Origin: an uncultured Thermoplasmata archaeon
Lineage (GTDB): Archaea > Thermoplasmatota > Thermoplasmata > Halarchaeoplasmatales > Halarchaeoplasmataceae
Assembly (NCBI GenBank): GCA_964585175.1
Contig: CAZPCW010000002.1
Span: 5,535 to 69,534 of the forward strand
Length of the DNA: 64,000 nt
Reading direction: 5' to 3'
Position numbers and translations under genes: made by a program. A model generated the notes under the pieces. That model did not search any database. It saw only the letters and a list, made by a program, of their open reading frames with translations, and was not told the DNA's origin. Within the stretch, counting starts at the first letter, position 1; each line of letters opens with the position of its first letter. This document shows positions 1 through 10,266 of the stretch, one piece after another.

Positions 1-129
1 CGATCCGGCCCAACCCGGTTCTATCTCTAGATCCCTGTATTCCATAAGATCTCTACCGTCGATCCTTTTTTCTTCTTGAAGAAGTCTGTGAAGATAATCC
101 TTAGTTATGTTTGACAATATCTCTTTCAT
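1..129 (-). CDS. rrp42: Exosome complex subunit Rrp42, N-terminal fragment (gene runs off the window start)
   Basis: The reverse-complement ATG at 129..127 gives [40 protein letters not shown]... (RNase PH-like). It lies immediately downstream of rrp41 with a 1–4 nt overlap. This is the canonical rrp4-rrp41-rrp42 order. Confidence 0.75.
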   Translation of the reverse strand, partial: MKEILSNITKDYLHRLLQEEKRIDGRDLMEYRDLEIEPGWAGS

Positions 130-905
130 TGTTCCACCTCCTCCTTGACATCTTCGATTTCATCCTCGTCTAGATCGGTCGAGTATCGTTCTCTCAATGC
201 TTCTCTCTGTTTTTGGTAAATCTCTTCACACGCATCGATGGATAACTCCATCGCTTCTTCATATTCCTCTACGGTCAAGTTCCCGTCCATCTGGAGAAGA
301 CACAATTCCTCCGTACTTGGTATATATCCGATCGGAACGTCAGCCTGACCGTAATTATCTTCGTTCTTTCCGAGATCTAACACGACCTGATCTTCTATCT
401 TACCGGAAGCGCATGATGCGACCATGTCTGACATCGGTATCCCCGCGTCAGCTAATGCCACCGAAGCGGCGGTCAGACCTCCACATCTTGTTCCAGCACT
501 GGCGTTCAATACCTCTATGAATACATCGATCACGGCGCGAGGATATTTTTCAGTGAAAACCACCTTTTCTAACGCTTCAGATATGAGTTTGCTTATCTCG
601 GTAGATCTTCTGTCGGGACCCGGTTTTTTCCTATCGGGAACGGAAAAAGCCGCCATATTGTACCGGGCTCTGACCACGGCTTTAGTGGTCTCCTGAGCAT
701 GCCTAGGATGCATCTCTCGGGGACCATAAACAGCGGCCATTATCTTGTTCTTACCCCATTCTATATATGCGGATCCGTCAGCCCTCTTGAGAAGACCTGC
801 TTCAATATTTATATCTCTTAATTCATCAAAATCTCTACCATCTTGTCTTTTTCCATCTTCAATCAATTCAATATCCTTGTTACTTCCCATAATTATTACC
901 TCCAA
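126..905 (-). CDS. rrp41: Exosome complex exonuclease Rrp41 (RNase PH family)
   Basis: 259 aa. DGRxxDELR and [23 protein letters not shown] motifs are typical of archaeal Rrp41. It sits in the exosome operon context. Confidence 0.9.
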   Translation of the reverse strand: MEVIIMGSNKDIELIEDGKRQDGRDFDELRDINIEAGLLKRADGSAYIEWGKNKIMAAVYGPREMHPRHAQETTKAVVRARYNMAAFSVPDRKKPGPDRRSTEISKLISEALEKVVFTEKYPRAVIDVFIEVLNASAGTRCGGLTAASVALADAGIPMSDMVASCASGKIEDQVVLDLGKNEDNYGQADVPIGYIPSTEELCLLQMDGNLTVEEYEEAMELSIDACEEIYQKQREALRERYSTDLDEDEIEDVKEEVEQ

Positions 906-929
906 AAATCATGTAGCTTGAATAATCAC

Positions 930-1619
930 CTATTCAAAGTCCTTATCGGTATTTTCTTCTAAAAATGCTTTCACAGCGTCGGTGAGTCCGACTGCCTGAG
1001 CATTCTCTTCGATCATCTTAATGGCCTTAACAGCTAGATACTGACCTTCGAGATCTCCGTCGATCCATATCCTACCATTCTGACCAACAAATATCTTGCA
1101 GTCAGTGTATTTCTTCAGCATCGAGATCATCGACCCGCCTCTACCGATAACTCTAGGTACCTGTGAAGGCGGTATCTCCATGATCTGTCCTTCGCTCAAT
1201 TTTTTCAAACCTTCTTCGTCCATCGTGATCTGCATGTTGTTCTGTTCATCTACACTGGTTATCTTGACCAGTACCGCGTCACCAACCTCTATGTAACTAG
1301 CGGTGTCGCCGTAATCAACCATCCAAGGCACGTCGTTCACGTGTAATACCGCCAGCGAAGGAGCGTTCACGTCGACCATCCAAAAGGACGATTCAAGATC
1401 GGTAACCGTGCCGATCACCTTTTCGCCTTCTTTAGGTTCAAACCTGCCGCTTTGGGCAGCAACGTTAACATATCCAGATCTTACTCTTTTCACTCCTAAT
1501 CTTGACGCGTGTATCTCTCCATCTTTCTTGAACATACCTCTACCTGGTTTCAAATCTTCATCGGAAACCGTATCGCCGGGCAGAAGTAATTTTCTCTCAA
1601 CATCTTCTTCATCACTCAT
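930..1619 (-). CDS. rrp4: Exosome complex RNA-binding subunit Rrp4 (S1 + KH domains)
   Basis: 229 aa. An S1-like region is followed by a KH motif (VIGRGGSMISML). It is located between the SBDS gene and rrp41. Confidence 0.85.
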   Translation of the reverse strand: MSDEEDVERKLLLPGDTVSDEDLKPGRGMFKKDGEIHASRLGVKRVRSGYVNVAAQSGRFEPKEGEKVIGTVTDLESSFWMVDVNAPSLAVLHVNDVPWMVDYGDTASYIEVGDAVLVKITSVDEQNNMQITMDEEGLKKLSEGQIMEIPPSQVPRVIGRGGSMISMLKKYTDCKIFVGQNGRIWIDGDLEGQYLAVKAIKMIEENAQAVGLTDAVKAFLEENTDKDFE

Positions 1620-1660
1620 AAATCATACACCTCTTAAAATTATTATAAAATTCCATACTA

Positions 1661-2389
1661 TCAATCAATCTCCTCGATCTCTGCTTCTCCTTTTGTCATG
1701 TCATTGACAGTCTCATAAAACTTATCTTGAACGCCGGCGGGTATCTTGATTATAGCCTGCCATCTTCCGTCGTTCAACCACTCTTCATCTTCTATAGTGC
1801 CCATATTTTTGAGACGACCATATATCTTACCCTGCAGATTCCCTCTGATAGTCAAAGCGAACTTTTTCTTTTCAAAACTTATCGGGATCAATTCTCTTAT
1901 CTCATCTACAACGTCGTCCATCTGTTTACTAACCGGTTTGAAAGGATCGATATGCACGTTGGCCTCGGACATAGCGTTCTCTATTCTTTTCGGAGGGTGA
2001 GGGGTTCCCATCTGGGGGTTATACGAATTCCTCGCTATCCTGTCAACTATCTCCTTTCTCTTCTGTTCCTGTCTTTTTTTCCGCTGTTCAGTTGTAAGTT
2101 GTACTTCACCGTCTTCCAATATCGTTTTGGTAACCTCTTCGATGTCAGTATCTTCGAAAACCCTTTCTATCATGTGGGTCGGTGCTTCTTTACCCTTCGT
2201 AGCGTCGGTGAATACCTTCTCTGCCGGCATATTCTCCAGCAGATCTACCTTTTCACCGGTTCTAAACTTTTCGACAGCATCGGGTTCTATGAGCACCTCG
2301 AAGCTTTCACCGTGAGACTGCAATCTACCTATGACATAATCGTCGAGAAGGGTTTTTGTGTGTTCCTTTTGATAGTCTTTCTTTCCCAA
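1661..2389 (-). CDS. sdo1: Ribosome maturation protein SBDS homolog
   Basis: 242 aa. It has the conserved position between psmA and rrp4 in the archaeal proteasome–exosome superoperon. Size and acidic C-terminal domain fit SBDS. Confidence 0.75.
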   Translation of the reverse strand: MGKKDYQKEHTKTLLDDYVIGRLQSHGESFEVLIEPDAVEKFRTGEKVDLLENMPAEKVFTDATKGKEAPTHMIERVFEDTDIEEVTKTILEDGEVQLTTEQRKKRQEQKRKEIVDRIARNSYNPQMGTPHPPKRIENAMSEANVHIDPFKPVSKQMDDVVDEIRELIPISFEKKKFALTIRGNLQGKIYGRLKNMGTIEDEEWLNDGRWQAIIKIPAGVQDKFYETVNDMTKGEAEIEEID

Positions 2390-2405
2390 AAGATTTTCCT
2401 CCTAA

Positions 2406-3116
2406 TCATACCGAAGAGAGATATTCTTCGATCTCGTCCAAGTCCAATTTTCTAAAGTTCTCTTCTTCAGTTATCGTTCCTATATCCAAGGACCTACTCT
2501 CAAGAGTGTCTTCAGAAGCCCTTTTGAGACCTCTGAGAGATAACTCTATAGCCTCATCTAAACTCATATCTTTTTCGTACTCCTGGTTGAAGACTTCCTG
2601 AACTTCGTCCCTGTTGCTACCTATACTAACGGCCTTGTAAGCCATGTTCGCTCCGCTCGGGTCCGTCTCATAAAGATGTGTTCCATGTTCATCTATACCC
2701 GCTACAAGCAGAGCCGTTCCAAAGGGACGAACACCCCCATATTGAGTATACGTCTGTTTATAGTCGGAAACTTTCTTAACTAAACTTTTGACATCGATCC
2801 TTTCATTGTAGGAAACTCGATTAACTTGAGCCGACATCCTGGCATAATCGACCAAGATCCTGGAGTCCGCAACCAAACCAGAAGTTGCTATACCTATTTT
2901 TTTGTCTATCTTGTATATCTTCTCGATCGACTTCGGCTCAACTAATTTGGTCGGTACGTCTTTGTCTACGACTAAAGCTACACCGTCTTCTACTTTCACG
3001 CCTACCGTAGTGGTGCCTCTGCTCACTGCTTCTCTAGCGTATTCTACCTGGAAAAGGCGACCGTCCGGCGAGAAGACCGTTATTCCTCGATCATAGCCCA
3101 TTTGGCCTGGTTTCAT
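2406..3116 (-). CDS. psmA: Proteasome subunit alpha
   Basis: 236 aa. The N-terminus YDRGITVFSPDGRLFQVEYAREAV is the hallmark 20S alpha-subunit motif. Confidence 0.92.
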   Translation of the reverse strand: MKPGQMGYDRGITVFSPDGRLFQVEYAREAVSRGTTTVGVKVEDGVALVVDKDVPTKLVEPKSIEKIYKIDKKIGIATSGLVADSRILVDYARMSAQVNRVSYNERIDVKSLVKKVSDYKQTYTQYGGVRPFGTALLVAGIDEHGTHLYETDPSGANMAYKAVSIGSNRDEVQEVFNQEYEKDMSLDEAIELSLRGLKRASEDTLESRSLDIGTITEEENFRKLDLDEIEEYLSSV

Positions 3117-3565
3117 TCTCTTTCACCAACCGACATAATATACAATGTGGTTATAAACCTTACCCTGTGCGGATGATTATATTCTTGATGAAAAATTATT
3201 TTCTAAATGGGGACTGGCTTCGGTCTGAAAAAATGTATAAAAAGTAAAGAGGGAGGGAAGGGGGGAGGTTATCATAATAGGATGATAGTGTGATACCCTC
3301 TTACTCCCTGCTAAGAAAAAATAGGGAGGGAGGGTGACTATCGTGAGGGGTGATGCTTTTTGACCTTTGTACACTTGTACTATTATGCAAAGGTGTATTT
3401 ATATGTTTCGATGATCTACCTCTATAAACCGTTGATATCGAAGCTTGCTAGGCACCCTACGCTCATTTTGTAGATTGGAAACTTTTTCTATTAATTAAAA
3501 TCTTCGATTCTACCGATCTCTCAACACCACTAGGTCCCATAAATTAAATATCTGCCCATCATTGA

Positions 3566-4177
3566 TTGAAAAGTATGTTCGATAAAGAAGATGGTGAAAG
3601 CGCGGTAGAACTGGCCCGCGAGGCCATCGAATCCGCCGTGAAAGGAAGTGAAATGTCGGATATGGATCATCCGGATAAGTTCGAGAAAAAGATGGGGGCG
3701 TTCGTAACGATCAACAAGTATCCATCTGAGGACTTGAGAGGCTGTATCGGGTATCCAGAACCGGTTCACGAGTTGAAAGATGCTATCGTCAAAGGAGCAC
3801 AAAATGCTACCGACGATCCGCGATTTCCTTCTCTAAGGGAAGACGAACTAGACTCCATCGTAGTTGAAGTCAGTCTGTTAACTCCTCCAGAGAAAATGAA
3901 ATATGACGATCCTTCCGAGTTACCTGAAAAAGTGAAATGCGGAAAGCACGGATTGATCGTTTCTAAAGGTATGAGAAAGGGTTTACTTCTGCCCCAAGTT
4001 CCCGTAGACCAGGGATGGGACGAGGAGCAATTCTTGGATCACACGTGTAGAAAAGCCGGTCTTCCTCCAAGCGAATGGAAAAAAGGGAATTGTGAGATAG
4101 AATACTTCGAAGGTATGATATTCGCGGAAGAAGAACCCCACGGAAAAGTAAAGAAAAGGGAAATCCATGATAATTAA
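3566..4177 (+). CDS. AMMECR1 domain protein
   Basis: 203 aa. The CIGYP motif and overall pattern are typical of the AMMECR1/AMMECR1-like family. Confidence 0.7.
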   Translation: MKSMFDKEDGESAVELAREAIESAVKGSEMSDMDHPDKFEKKMGAFVTINKYPSEDLRGCIGYPEPVHELKDAIVKGAQNATDDPRFPSLREDELDSIVVEVSLLTPPEKMKYDDPSELPEKVKCGKHGLIVSKGMRKGLLLPQVPVDQGWDEEQFLDHTCRKAGLPPSEWKKGNCEIEYFEGMIFAEEEPHGKVKKREIHDN

Positions 4178-5417
4178 AGGTAGCACATACATCGACGGGA
4201 ATTACGAAGTCTGTTACATCGGTATTGAGAACGGAAAAATAGATTTTGTAAAGAAAAGCCATACGACCACGCAAGAGGTCAAGAAGTTAGACGGTGTGAT
4301 ACTCCCGGCGGGAATAGATATGCACGTCCATTTTCGAGAACCAGGTATGACAGAAAAAGAGGATTTCTATCACGGCTCGAAAAGCGCCGCGTGTGGAGGA
4401 ATCACCACAGTTATGGACATGCCAAACACCGATCCGCCTACCGACAGTAAGGCAAGGCTCAAGGAAAAGATAAAGATAGGTGAAAGCAGATCCGCAATCG
4501 ATTTCGGATTGTACGGATTGTTGAGCGAAGAAGTCGAGGAGATGGCGGAATACACGGATTTCTTCAAAGTTTTTATGGCCCCCTCAACGGAAAGCCAGAG
4601 ACTCGAAGAAGAAAAATTGAAGGAACTTCTGAAAAGAGCTTATTCCAAAGATCTAAAAGTCGCTTTCCACTGCGAGAAAAAAAGTGAGTTTGGCGACTCA
4701 GGTAAAAACCTAAAAGAACATAATAAATCTAGACCTCTGAAGAGCGAATTGAAAGCTATAGATAAATTGAAAGATATGCCCCAAGGAGACAAATACGTAT
4801 GTCATCTGACCTCAAAAGAAAGTTTAGACAAAGTCAACGATAACGGTTTCCTAGCCGAGGTAACGCCTCATCACTTATTTTTGAGCGAAGAAATCTTTAT
4901 AGGATCCTTCGGCAAAGTCAATCCTCCACTGAGAAACAGGTCAGAGAAATTCAAGATATGGGAGGCTTTCGAGCGAGGAGAATTCGACTTTTTAGCGAGT
5001 GATCACGCGCCTCACAAAGAGGAAGAAAAGTCGGATTTCGAAAACGCTCCTTCCGGTGTCCCGGGAGTAGAAACACTTTACCCGCTACTTTTGAATTCAG
5101 TATCTAGAGGGAAAATAGACCTCTCTACCGTCGTGGAAGCGGTATCTCAAAATCCCGCCAAAAGGTTAGGTCTTAAGCGAGGTAAGATCGAAGAAGGTTA
5201 CGACGCGGAACTGATCAACATCGATTTCAGGGATACCGAGAAGATCGATATCGAAAACCTTCATTACAAATGTGAATGGAGTCCTTTCGAGGGTTTTCAG
5301 GGAGTATTCCCTAAAAACGTAATATCCGGTGGAGAGTTTATTGTAGAGGACAATGAATTTACGGGAGCAAAGGGTAGAGGAGAGTATATAGGAAAATCAA
5401 ATGAGTTTAAAGATTAG
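4167..5417 (+). CDS. pyrC: Dihydroorotase (cyclic amidohydrolase)
   Basis: 416 aa. The DMHVHFREPG metal-binding motif and a downstream ASDHAPH motif are present. Confidence 0.85.
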   Translation: MIIKGSTYIDGNYEVCYIGIENGKIDFVKKSHTTTQEVKKLDGVILPAGIDMHVHFREPGMTEKEDFYHGSKSAACGGITTVMDMPNTDPPTDSKARLKEKIKIGESRSAIDFGLYGLLSEEVEEMAEYTDFFKVFMAPSTESQRLEEEKLKELLKRAYSKDLKVAFHCEKKSEFGDSGKNLKEHNKSRPLKSELKAIDKLKDMPQGDKYVCHLTSKESLDKVNDNGFLAEVTPHHLFLSEEIFIGSFGKVNPPLRNRSEKFKIWEAFERGEFDFLASDHAPHKEEEKSDFENAPSGVPGVETLYPLLLNSVSRGKIDLSTVVEAVSQNPAKRLGLKRGKIEEGYDAELINIDFRDTEKIDIENLHYKCEWSPFEGFQGVFPKNVISGGEFIVEDNEFTGAKGRGEYIGKSNEFKD

Positions 5418-5429
5418 GAGAGTGTTAAA

Positions 5430-6410
5430 TTGGAAAAAGGTACGTATGTAGAAAACTTGATTGAAGGCGATGAAGTGAAAGACAGGTTCGCCGTGAAAGA
5501 AAAAACGCCCCCTAGGGAATATTCTAGCGGATGGTACTTCAGACTCATAGTCGGTGACAAAACCGGTAAAATACCTCTTGTTTATTGGGGTGGTCACGAA
5601 AAAAAATTCGTCCAGAAACTTTACGAGAGTTTTAAGCCCGGTGACGTGGTCGAGGTTAATGGGATCGTAGGTTCATATAAAGGAGAGATACAGATATCGA
5701 TCAGTGAAGATGAACTGCACGGCATCGACAAAGCTAGAGAGGGAGATTACGATCCTGAAAAATTCGTAGCCGCCAGCGAAAGAGATATCGACGAGATGTT
5801 CTCTGAACTGCTAAGACTAGCCCGAACCATCGACGACGATAACCTATACGAATTAGTCTCTTCTTTCTTGAAGGACGAGGAGTTCGTCGAGGATTTCAAG
5901 AGCGCACCTTACAGCAAAAGATACAATCATAATTACATAGGAGGTCTGTTAGAGCATACCTTGGTCGAGAGTCAGTTGGCGGATAGTATCGCAAATCTGT
6001 ATAACGAATTGGACCGGGACCTTCTTTTAGCTTCGGCCATAGTGCACGACTTTGGAAAGATCAAAGAATACCGCACCGAAACCTCTATAGAATTGACCAG
6101 CGAAGCGCAGCTTGTAGGCCACACGGTGTTATGCGAGAGGATGATCAAGGATCGTATAAACGAGATGACTGAATTTCCTGATGACCTAGCCTTAAAATTG
6201 TCCCATATTGTGCTCTCACACCACGGAGATTACGAATGGGGCAGTCCTAGAAGCCCGAGACTAGAAGAAGCGGTCGCTCTCCATCATATAGACCTGTTAG
6301 TGGTTAGGATGAGCGGTTTCATACAAGCTAAAGGTGAAATGGAAGCCGAGGATGAAGAGATGATCTATGTCTCTAAAGAGGGTGTGCAGAGACCGATATT
6401 CAATAGGTAG
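5430..6410 (+). CDS. OB-fold + HD-domain phosphohydrolase (YhaM-like 3'-5' exoribonuclease family)
   Basis: 326 aa. An N-terminal OB-like region is followed by an HD domain (LLEHTL..., AIVHDFGK, LSHHGDYEWGSP). Confidence 0.6.
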   Translation: MEKGTYVENLIEGDEVKDRFAVKEKTPPREYSSGWYFRLIVGDKTGKIPLVYWGGHEKKFVQKLYESFKPGDVVEVNGIVGSYKGEIQISISEDELHGIDKAREGDYDPEKFVAASERDIDEMFSELLRLARTIDDDNLYELVSSFLKDEEFVEDFKSAPYSKRYNHNYIGGLLEHTLVESQLADSIANLYNELDRDLLLASAIVHDFGKIKEYRTETSIELTSEAQLVGHTVLCERMIKDRINEMTEFPDDLALKLSHIVLSHHGDYEWGSPRSPRLEEAVALHHIDLLVVRMSGFIQAKGEMEAEDEEMIYVSKEGVQRPIFNR

Positions 6411-6441
6411 TCATTCCTACGGAATCTAATCTGCCAATTTT

Positions 6442-9291
6442 CTATTTTCTTTTCCATCTTTTGAAGGCTTTGAGTATTTCGTGTCCCGATAGGAATATTC
6501 CAGCGCCGAGGAGAACTTGTGTCCATCCCTGTACTCCTATTGAAGCGAACTCCAGGAAATCGCTGATGTACGGTCCGTAAACTCCTATGAATACCAGCCC
6601 AATGGAAGCGAGTATCGAATAGACTATTATCTTATTAGAGATGATGTTCCTGCTAAATATCGACTCATATTCGTATCTTCTAGACAGAATATTCACAAAT
6701 TGACAATATGCTATTGTAAGATAGCTTATCGTGGTTGCTTTAGCGTAATCTAGACCATGAATTGTATTCTTTATTTTTTCCACCTGAAGAGTCATCGGAA
6801 CACCATTTCTTACTAAGTAAACCCAGAAGTTGCCCACGGCTAAACCACCTATCAGGAGTGCAAAGAATACAACTTCTGTAGAAGTGTACCTATTCAGGAT
6901 ATGTTCATCTTTATCTCTAGGTGGCGAACGCATCATAGCTTCGGTCGGAGGATCATAAGTCAAAAATGTGAGCGGCATTATCTCCGCTAAAAGATCTATA
7001 GCTAGTATCTGAATGACCAATATAGGTATGGCCCAAGGACCCCACCCTAGTAAACCTATAGCCGCTAATCCCGCTAAAACGGTGGCGAGTTCAGCGCCAT
7101 TAGTGGTCATGGAGGCCAAAACGGTTTTTCTTAGATTGTTGTATATCGTTCTGCCCTCTCTTACGGCCTCTACCAAGGTGGGAAAGCTATCATCCAAAAG
7201 TACAAGTTCCGAAGCCTCCTTAGCTACGTCCGTTCCTTTCTGACCCATAGCAACTCCGATATGAGCCCTCTTTAGTGCCGGAGCGTCGTTGACACCGTCT
7301 CCAGTGACCGCCACTATCTGATCCTCATCTTCGAGCAATTTGACGATCCTGAGTTTATCTTCGGGATCTACTCTAGAAAAGATCATCGAATCTTTTCCTT
7401 TCATCATATCTTTTAGCTCTTCGTCACTTACATCCCTCATCTCCTTCCCTGTCAATACCTGTGGTTCTTCATCTTCGAAAAGGCCTATCTCCTCTCCCAC
7501 CGCTCTAGCGGTTATGGCGTGATCCCCGGTCATTATGAACGTGCGTATGTGTGCGTCATGGCAGCTCTCTACAGCTTCTTTTACTCCTTCTTTTGGCGGA
7601 TCGATCATACCGGCTAGGCCCAAAAAGATGACGTCTTTCTCGACCTCTTCCTGTACGTAATCCTCACCTTTTTTCTCCAGCGGCCTGTAAGCCATGGCTA
7701 GAACTCTCATCGCTTTTTCGGAATATTTTTCGTTCAGCTCTCTTATCCTTTCCTTATCTTCTTCGGTTATCTCTTCTACCTCTCCGTCCCTGTAGATGTA
7801 CTTACTTATAGAGAGGATGCTGTCAGTAGCGCCCTTCATCGCGAGGACTCTCATACCTTCAGTATCGCCTTCGAAGGCTTCCTTAACTTCCTCATCTTCA
7901 TAGGGTTCTCCTATATCTCTAACTGAACTCATACGTTTTCTTTCCGAATCGAAGGGGAACTCGACTATTTCGGGGTTCTCTTCGTCTTCTCTTTCATGAC
8001 GAGTGCCCAACTTCGTCGACATGGTTACTAGGGCGGCCTCGGTAGGATCGCCGACCGCATACCAACTATCGTGCTCATCGTCGGGCTCATGAATTTCCGC
8101 TGTAGACGACATCGTCGCGGCGTCCATGAATATTTCTAGTTCGTCTATCTCTTCTTCAGATAGTTCGTTCTCGTTTTCATCCAAGATAGTCCCTTCGGGT
8201 TCGTATCCTAAGCCGGTCAAACTGTACTCATCGCCGTCGAACCATATATTTTTCACGGTCATCTCGTTTTTAGTCAAGGTGCCGGTCTTATCGGTACATA
8301 TAACTGTAGTGGAGCCTAGAGTCTCGACGGAAGAGAGGTTCTTTACTACCGCGTTCTCTTCCGCTAATCTATTACTGCCGGTGGAAAGAGCCACGGTCAC
8401 CTGAGCGGGCAAAGCCTGCGGCACCGAAGAAACAGATATCCCAACGGCGTAGATCAAGCTTACGGTGAGACCAAGACCCTGCCATAGAGCTACGAAAAAC
8501 AAAGCTGTACTGAGGACCACGACTATAGAGGTGAGATTTTTCGCAAGAAGATCCAGCTCTCGCTGTAAAGGCGATTTTAACTCTCCCGCCTCTTCGGTCA
8601 TATCGGCTATCTTACCCATCTCGGTATCCATACCGGTCGCTACAACGACACCGGTAGCGTTCCCAGTTGCTACTGTGGTTCCAACGTATGCCATGTTGTC
8701 TCTATCCGCAAGGGTCACATCCTCAGCTATAGCATTAGTCTGTTTTTCCTGAGGCATAGATTCCCCAGTAAGAGAAAAATCGTTAGTTTTGAGATTGAAC
8801 GACTTAATAACTCTCATATCGGCGGGAATTTTGTCGCCCTCCTCGACTTTTAATATGTCTCCAGGAACGATCTCCGCCTGATCTATCTCTTTCCATTCCC
8901 CGTTTTGCTTGACTTGAGCGGGAGATTTGATTAAAGATTTCAATTTCTTAATGATCTGTTTAGCCTTATATTTCTGCACGAAACCTATGACAGCGTTGAT
9001 AAAAACGATGATGAACATCGCCGCCGCGCTTTTCAGACTCGAAGGATCATCTTTATAGAAACCCAAAAAGAGAGATACTATACCCGCGACTATCAAGACC
9101 AAAACCAAAAGCTCTTTGAACTGAGATAAGAAGAGCAATAATTTAGGTGTCTGGGCTTTGCCTCTAAGTTCATTTTTCCCATATTTGTCCAGCCTTTCCT
9201 CCGCCTTCTCTTTCGAAAGACCATCATCTGAAGTATCTAAGTCTTCTAGGGTCTCCTCTACCGTCTTTTTATAATAATCTTTTTCAGGCAT
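6442..9291 (-). CDS. Cation-transporting P-type ATPase (P2-type, Ca2+/Na+-K+-like)
   Basis: 949 aa. The ICTDKTGTLT phosphorylation motif, TGDGVNDAPALK hinge, TGES actuator motif and multiple TM helices are present. Confidence 0.9.
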   Translation of the reverse strand: MPEKDYYKKTVEETLEDLDTSDDGLSKEKAEERLDKYGKNELRGKAQTPKLLLFLSQFKELLVLVLIVAGIVSLFLGFYKDDPSSLKSAAAMFIIVFINAVIGFVQKYKAKQIIKKLKSLIKSPAQVKQNGEWKEIDQAEIVPGDILKVEEGDKIPADMRVIKSFNLKTNDFSLTGESMPQEKQTNAIAEDVTLADRDNMAYVGTTVATGNATGVVVATGMDTEMGKIADMTEEAGELKSPLQRELDLLAKNLTSIVVVLSTALFFVALWQGLGLTVSLIYAVGISVSSVPQALPAQVTVALSTGSNRLAEENAVVKNLSSVETLGSTTVICTDKTGTLTKNEMTVKNIWFDGDEYSLTGLGYEPEGTILDENENELSEEEIDELEIFMDAATMSSTAEIHEPDDEHDSWYAVGDPTEAALVTMSTKLGTRHEREDEENPEIVEFPFDSERKRMSSVRDIGEPYEDEEVKEAFEGDTEGMRVLAMKGATDSILSISKYIYRDGEVEEITEEDKERIRELNEKYSEKAMRVLAMAYRPLEKKGEDYVQEEVEKDVIFLGLAGMIDPPKEGVKEAVESCHDAHIRTFIMTGDHAITARAVGEEIGLFEDEEPQVLTGKEMRDVSDEELKDMMKGKDSMIFSRVDPEDKLRIVKLLEDEDQIVAVTGDGVNDAPALKRAHIGVAMGQKGTDVAKEASELVLLDDSFPTLVEAVREGRTIYNNLRKTVLASMTTNGAELATVLAGLAAIGLLGWGPWAIPILVIQILAIDLLAEIMPLTFLTYDPPTEAMMRSPPRDKDEHILNRYTSTEVVFFALLIGGLAVGNFWVYLVRNGVPMTLQVEKIKNTIHGLDYAKATTISYLTIAYCQFVNILSRRYEYESIFSRNIISNKIIVYSILASIGLVFIGVYGPYISDFLEFASIGVQGWTQVLLGAGIFLSGHEILKAFKRWKRK

Positions 9292-9381
9292 TCAGTATTT
9301 CTCCAAAGGCTAATCACGGAATTTGGTTTTATATTTTTTTGTTATTTTGATGACTTAAGGATCAACTCGATGAGCAAGCGG

Positions 9382-10155
9382 CTATTCATCCTCTCTAGAT
9401 ATTTCGAACCCGCAGGCTTCGATGATCTCTTTCTGGTCCTCGAGGTCATCGTACCACTGGCCCCATTTACGGGAAATATGTTCTGTCCAGCTGTAATCCT
9501 CGTAAGTATATTCTTCCTCTTTATCCTGTAGAGGTATTTTGGCGTCTAGTTTTCGATAGTAGTCCTCTTCTAGATAACCCTCGTCCATCTCCTCCATAGC
9601 TTTTTCAAAATCTTCATCAGATAAGTCGGGATACTCATCTTCAAACATCATAAAATCGAGCGGATATCTCGGTCTTGTCGGAGGATCCTCAGCAGGATAT
9701 CCAATGACTAATTGAACCAAGGGCATGACCTTGTCCGGAAGATCATACTTCTCTTTTAAGCTCGGCGCGGTCCTCAGTGGAGAACCCAGGTAGCAAGTAC
9801 CTAGTCCCATACTTTCAGCCGCGGCAACCATATTTTGAGCCATGTAGGCCGCGTCCTGTATTCCGAACATAAGAAGAGTCAGGTCGTTAGTCACCATCTC
9901 CCAATCTCTCTTTTCCATTACCTTTTCCATCCTATGAGCGTCTACACATATAGTGAATAATACCGGCGCATCGAAAGGAATCTTCTCTTTGTCCCTCTCA
10001 AGTATCACGCTGTACAGTTGAGATACAAAAGGAGCCTGCCTTCCAGCCTTCACTATCTTCTCTACCTCCTCGTCGGAGAGATCCTTATCTTCATATTCTC
10101 TGATAGAGCTGTGACTCATCAGATTTTCTATAGTCTGGTTCTCCATATCAAACAC
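9382..10155 (-). CDS. Nitroreductase-family protein with acidic C-terminal extension
   Basis: 257 aa. The N-terminal ~170 aa fit the NADH-oxidase/nitroreductase fold pattern (SIREY..., GLGTCYLG). The C-terminal ~80 aa are very acidic. Confidence 0.55.
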   Translation of the reverse strand: MFDMENQTIENLMSHSSIREYEDKDLSDEEVEKIVKAGRQAPFVSQLYSVILERDKEKIPFDAPVLFTICVDAHRMEKVMEKRDWEMVTNDLTLLMFGIQDAAYMAQNMVAAAESMGLGTCYLGSPLRTAPSLKEKYDLPDKVMPLVQLVIGYPAEDPPTRPRYPLDFMMFEDEYPDLSDEDFEKAMEEMDEGYLEEDYYRKLDAKIPLQDKEEEYTYEDYSWTEHISRKWGQWYDDLEDQKEIIEACGFEISREDE

Positions 10156-10266
10156 CGAGACATGATTTTAGGAGAACTATTTCAACTTATTGTTTAAAAC
10201 AAATGCATCTAGAGACTAACCTTTAATACCACAAGTTATTAATAGATTCTCAGAGAGGTAGAGTCA

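Noticed and set aside
1727-2455. 242-aa plus-strand ORF antisense to the SBDS gene
   Set aside because: It is exactly antisense to a well-supported conserved gene. Its composition is low-complexity, hydrophobic and F/L-rich, which is typical of a reverse-frame artefact.
7013-8752. Several 60–95-aa plus-strand ORFs inside the P-type ATPase gene
   Set aside because: They are Ser/Thr-rich antisense frames of a strongly supported 949-aa CDS. They have no motifs.
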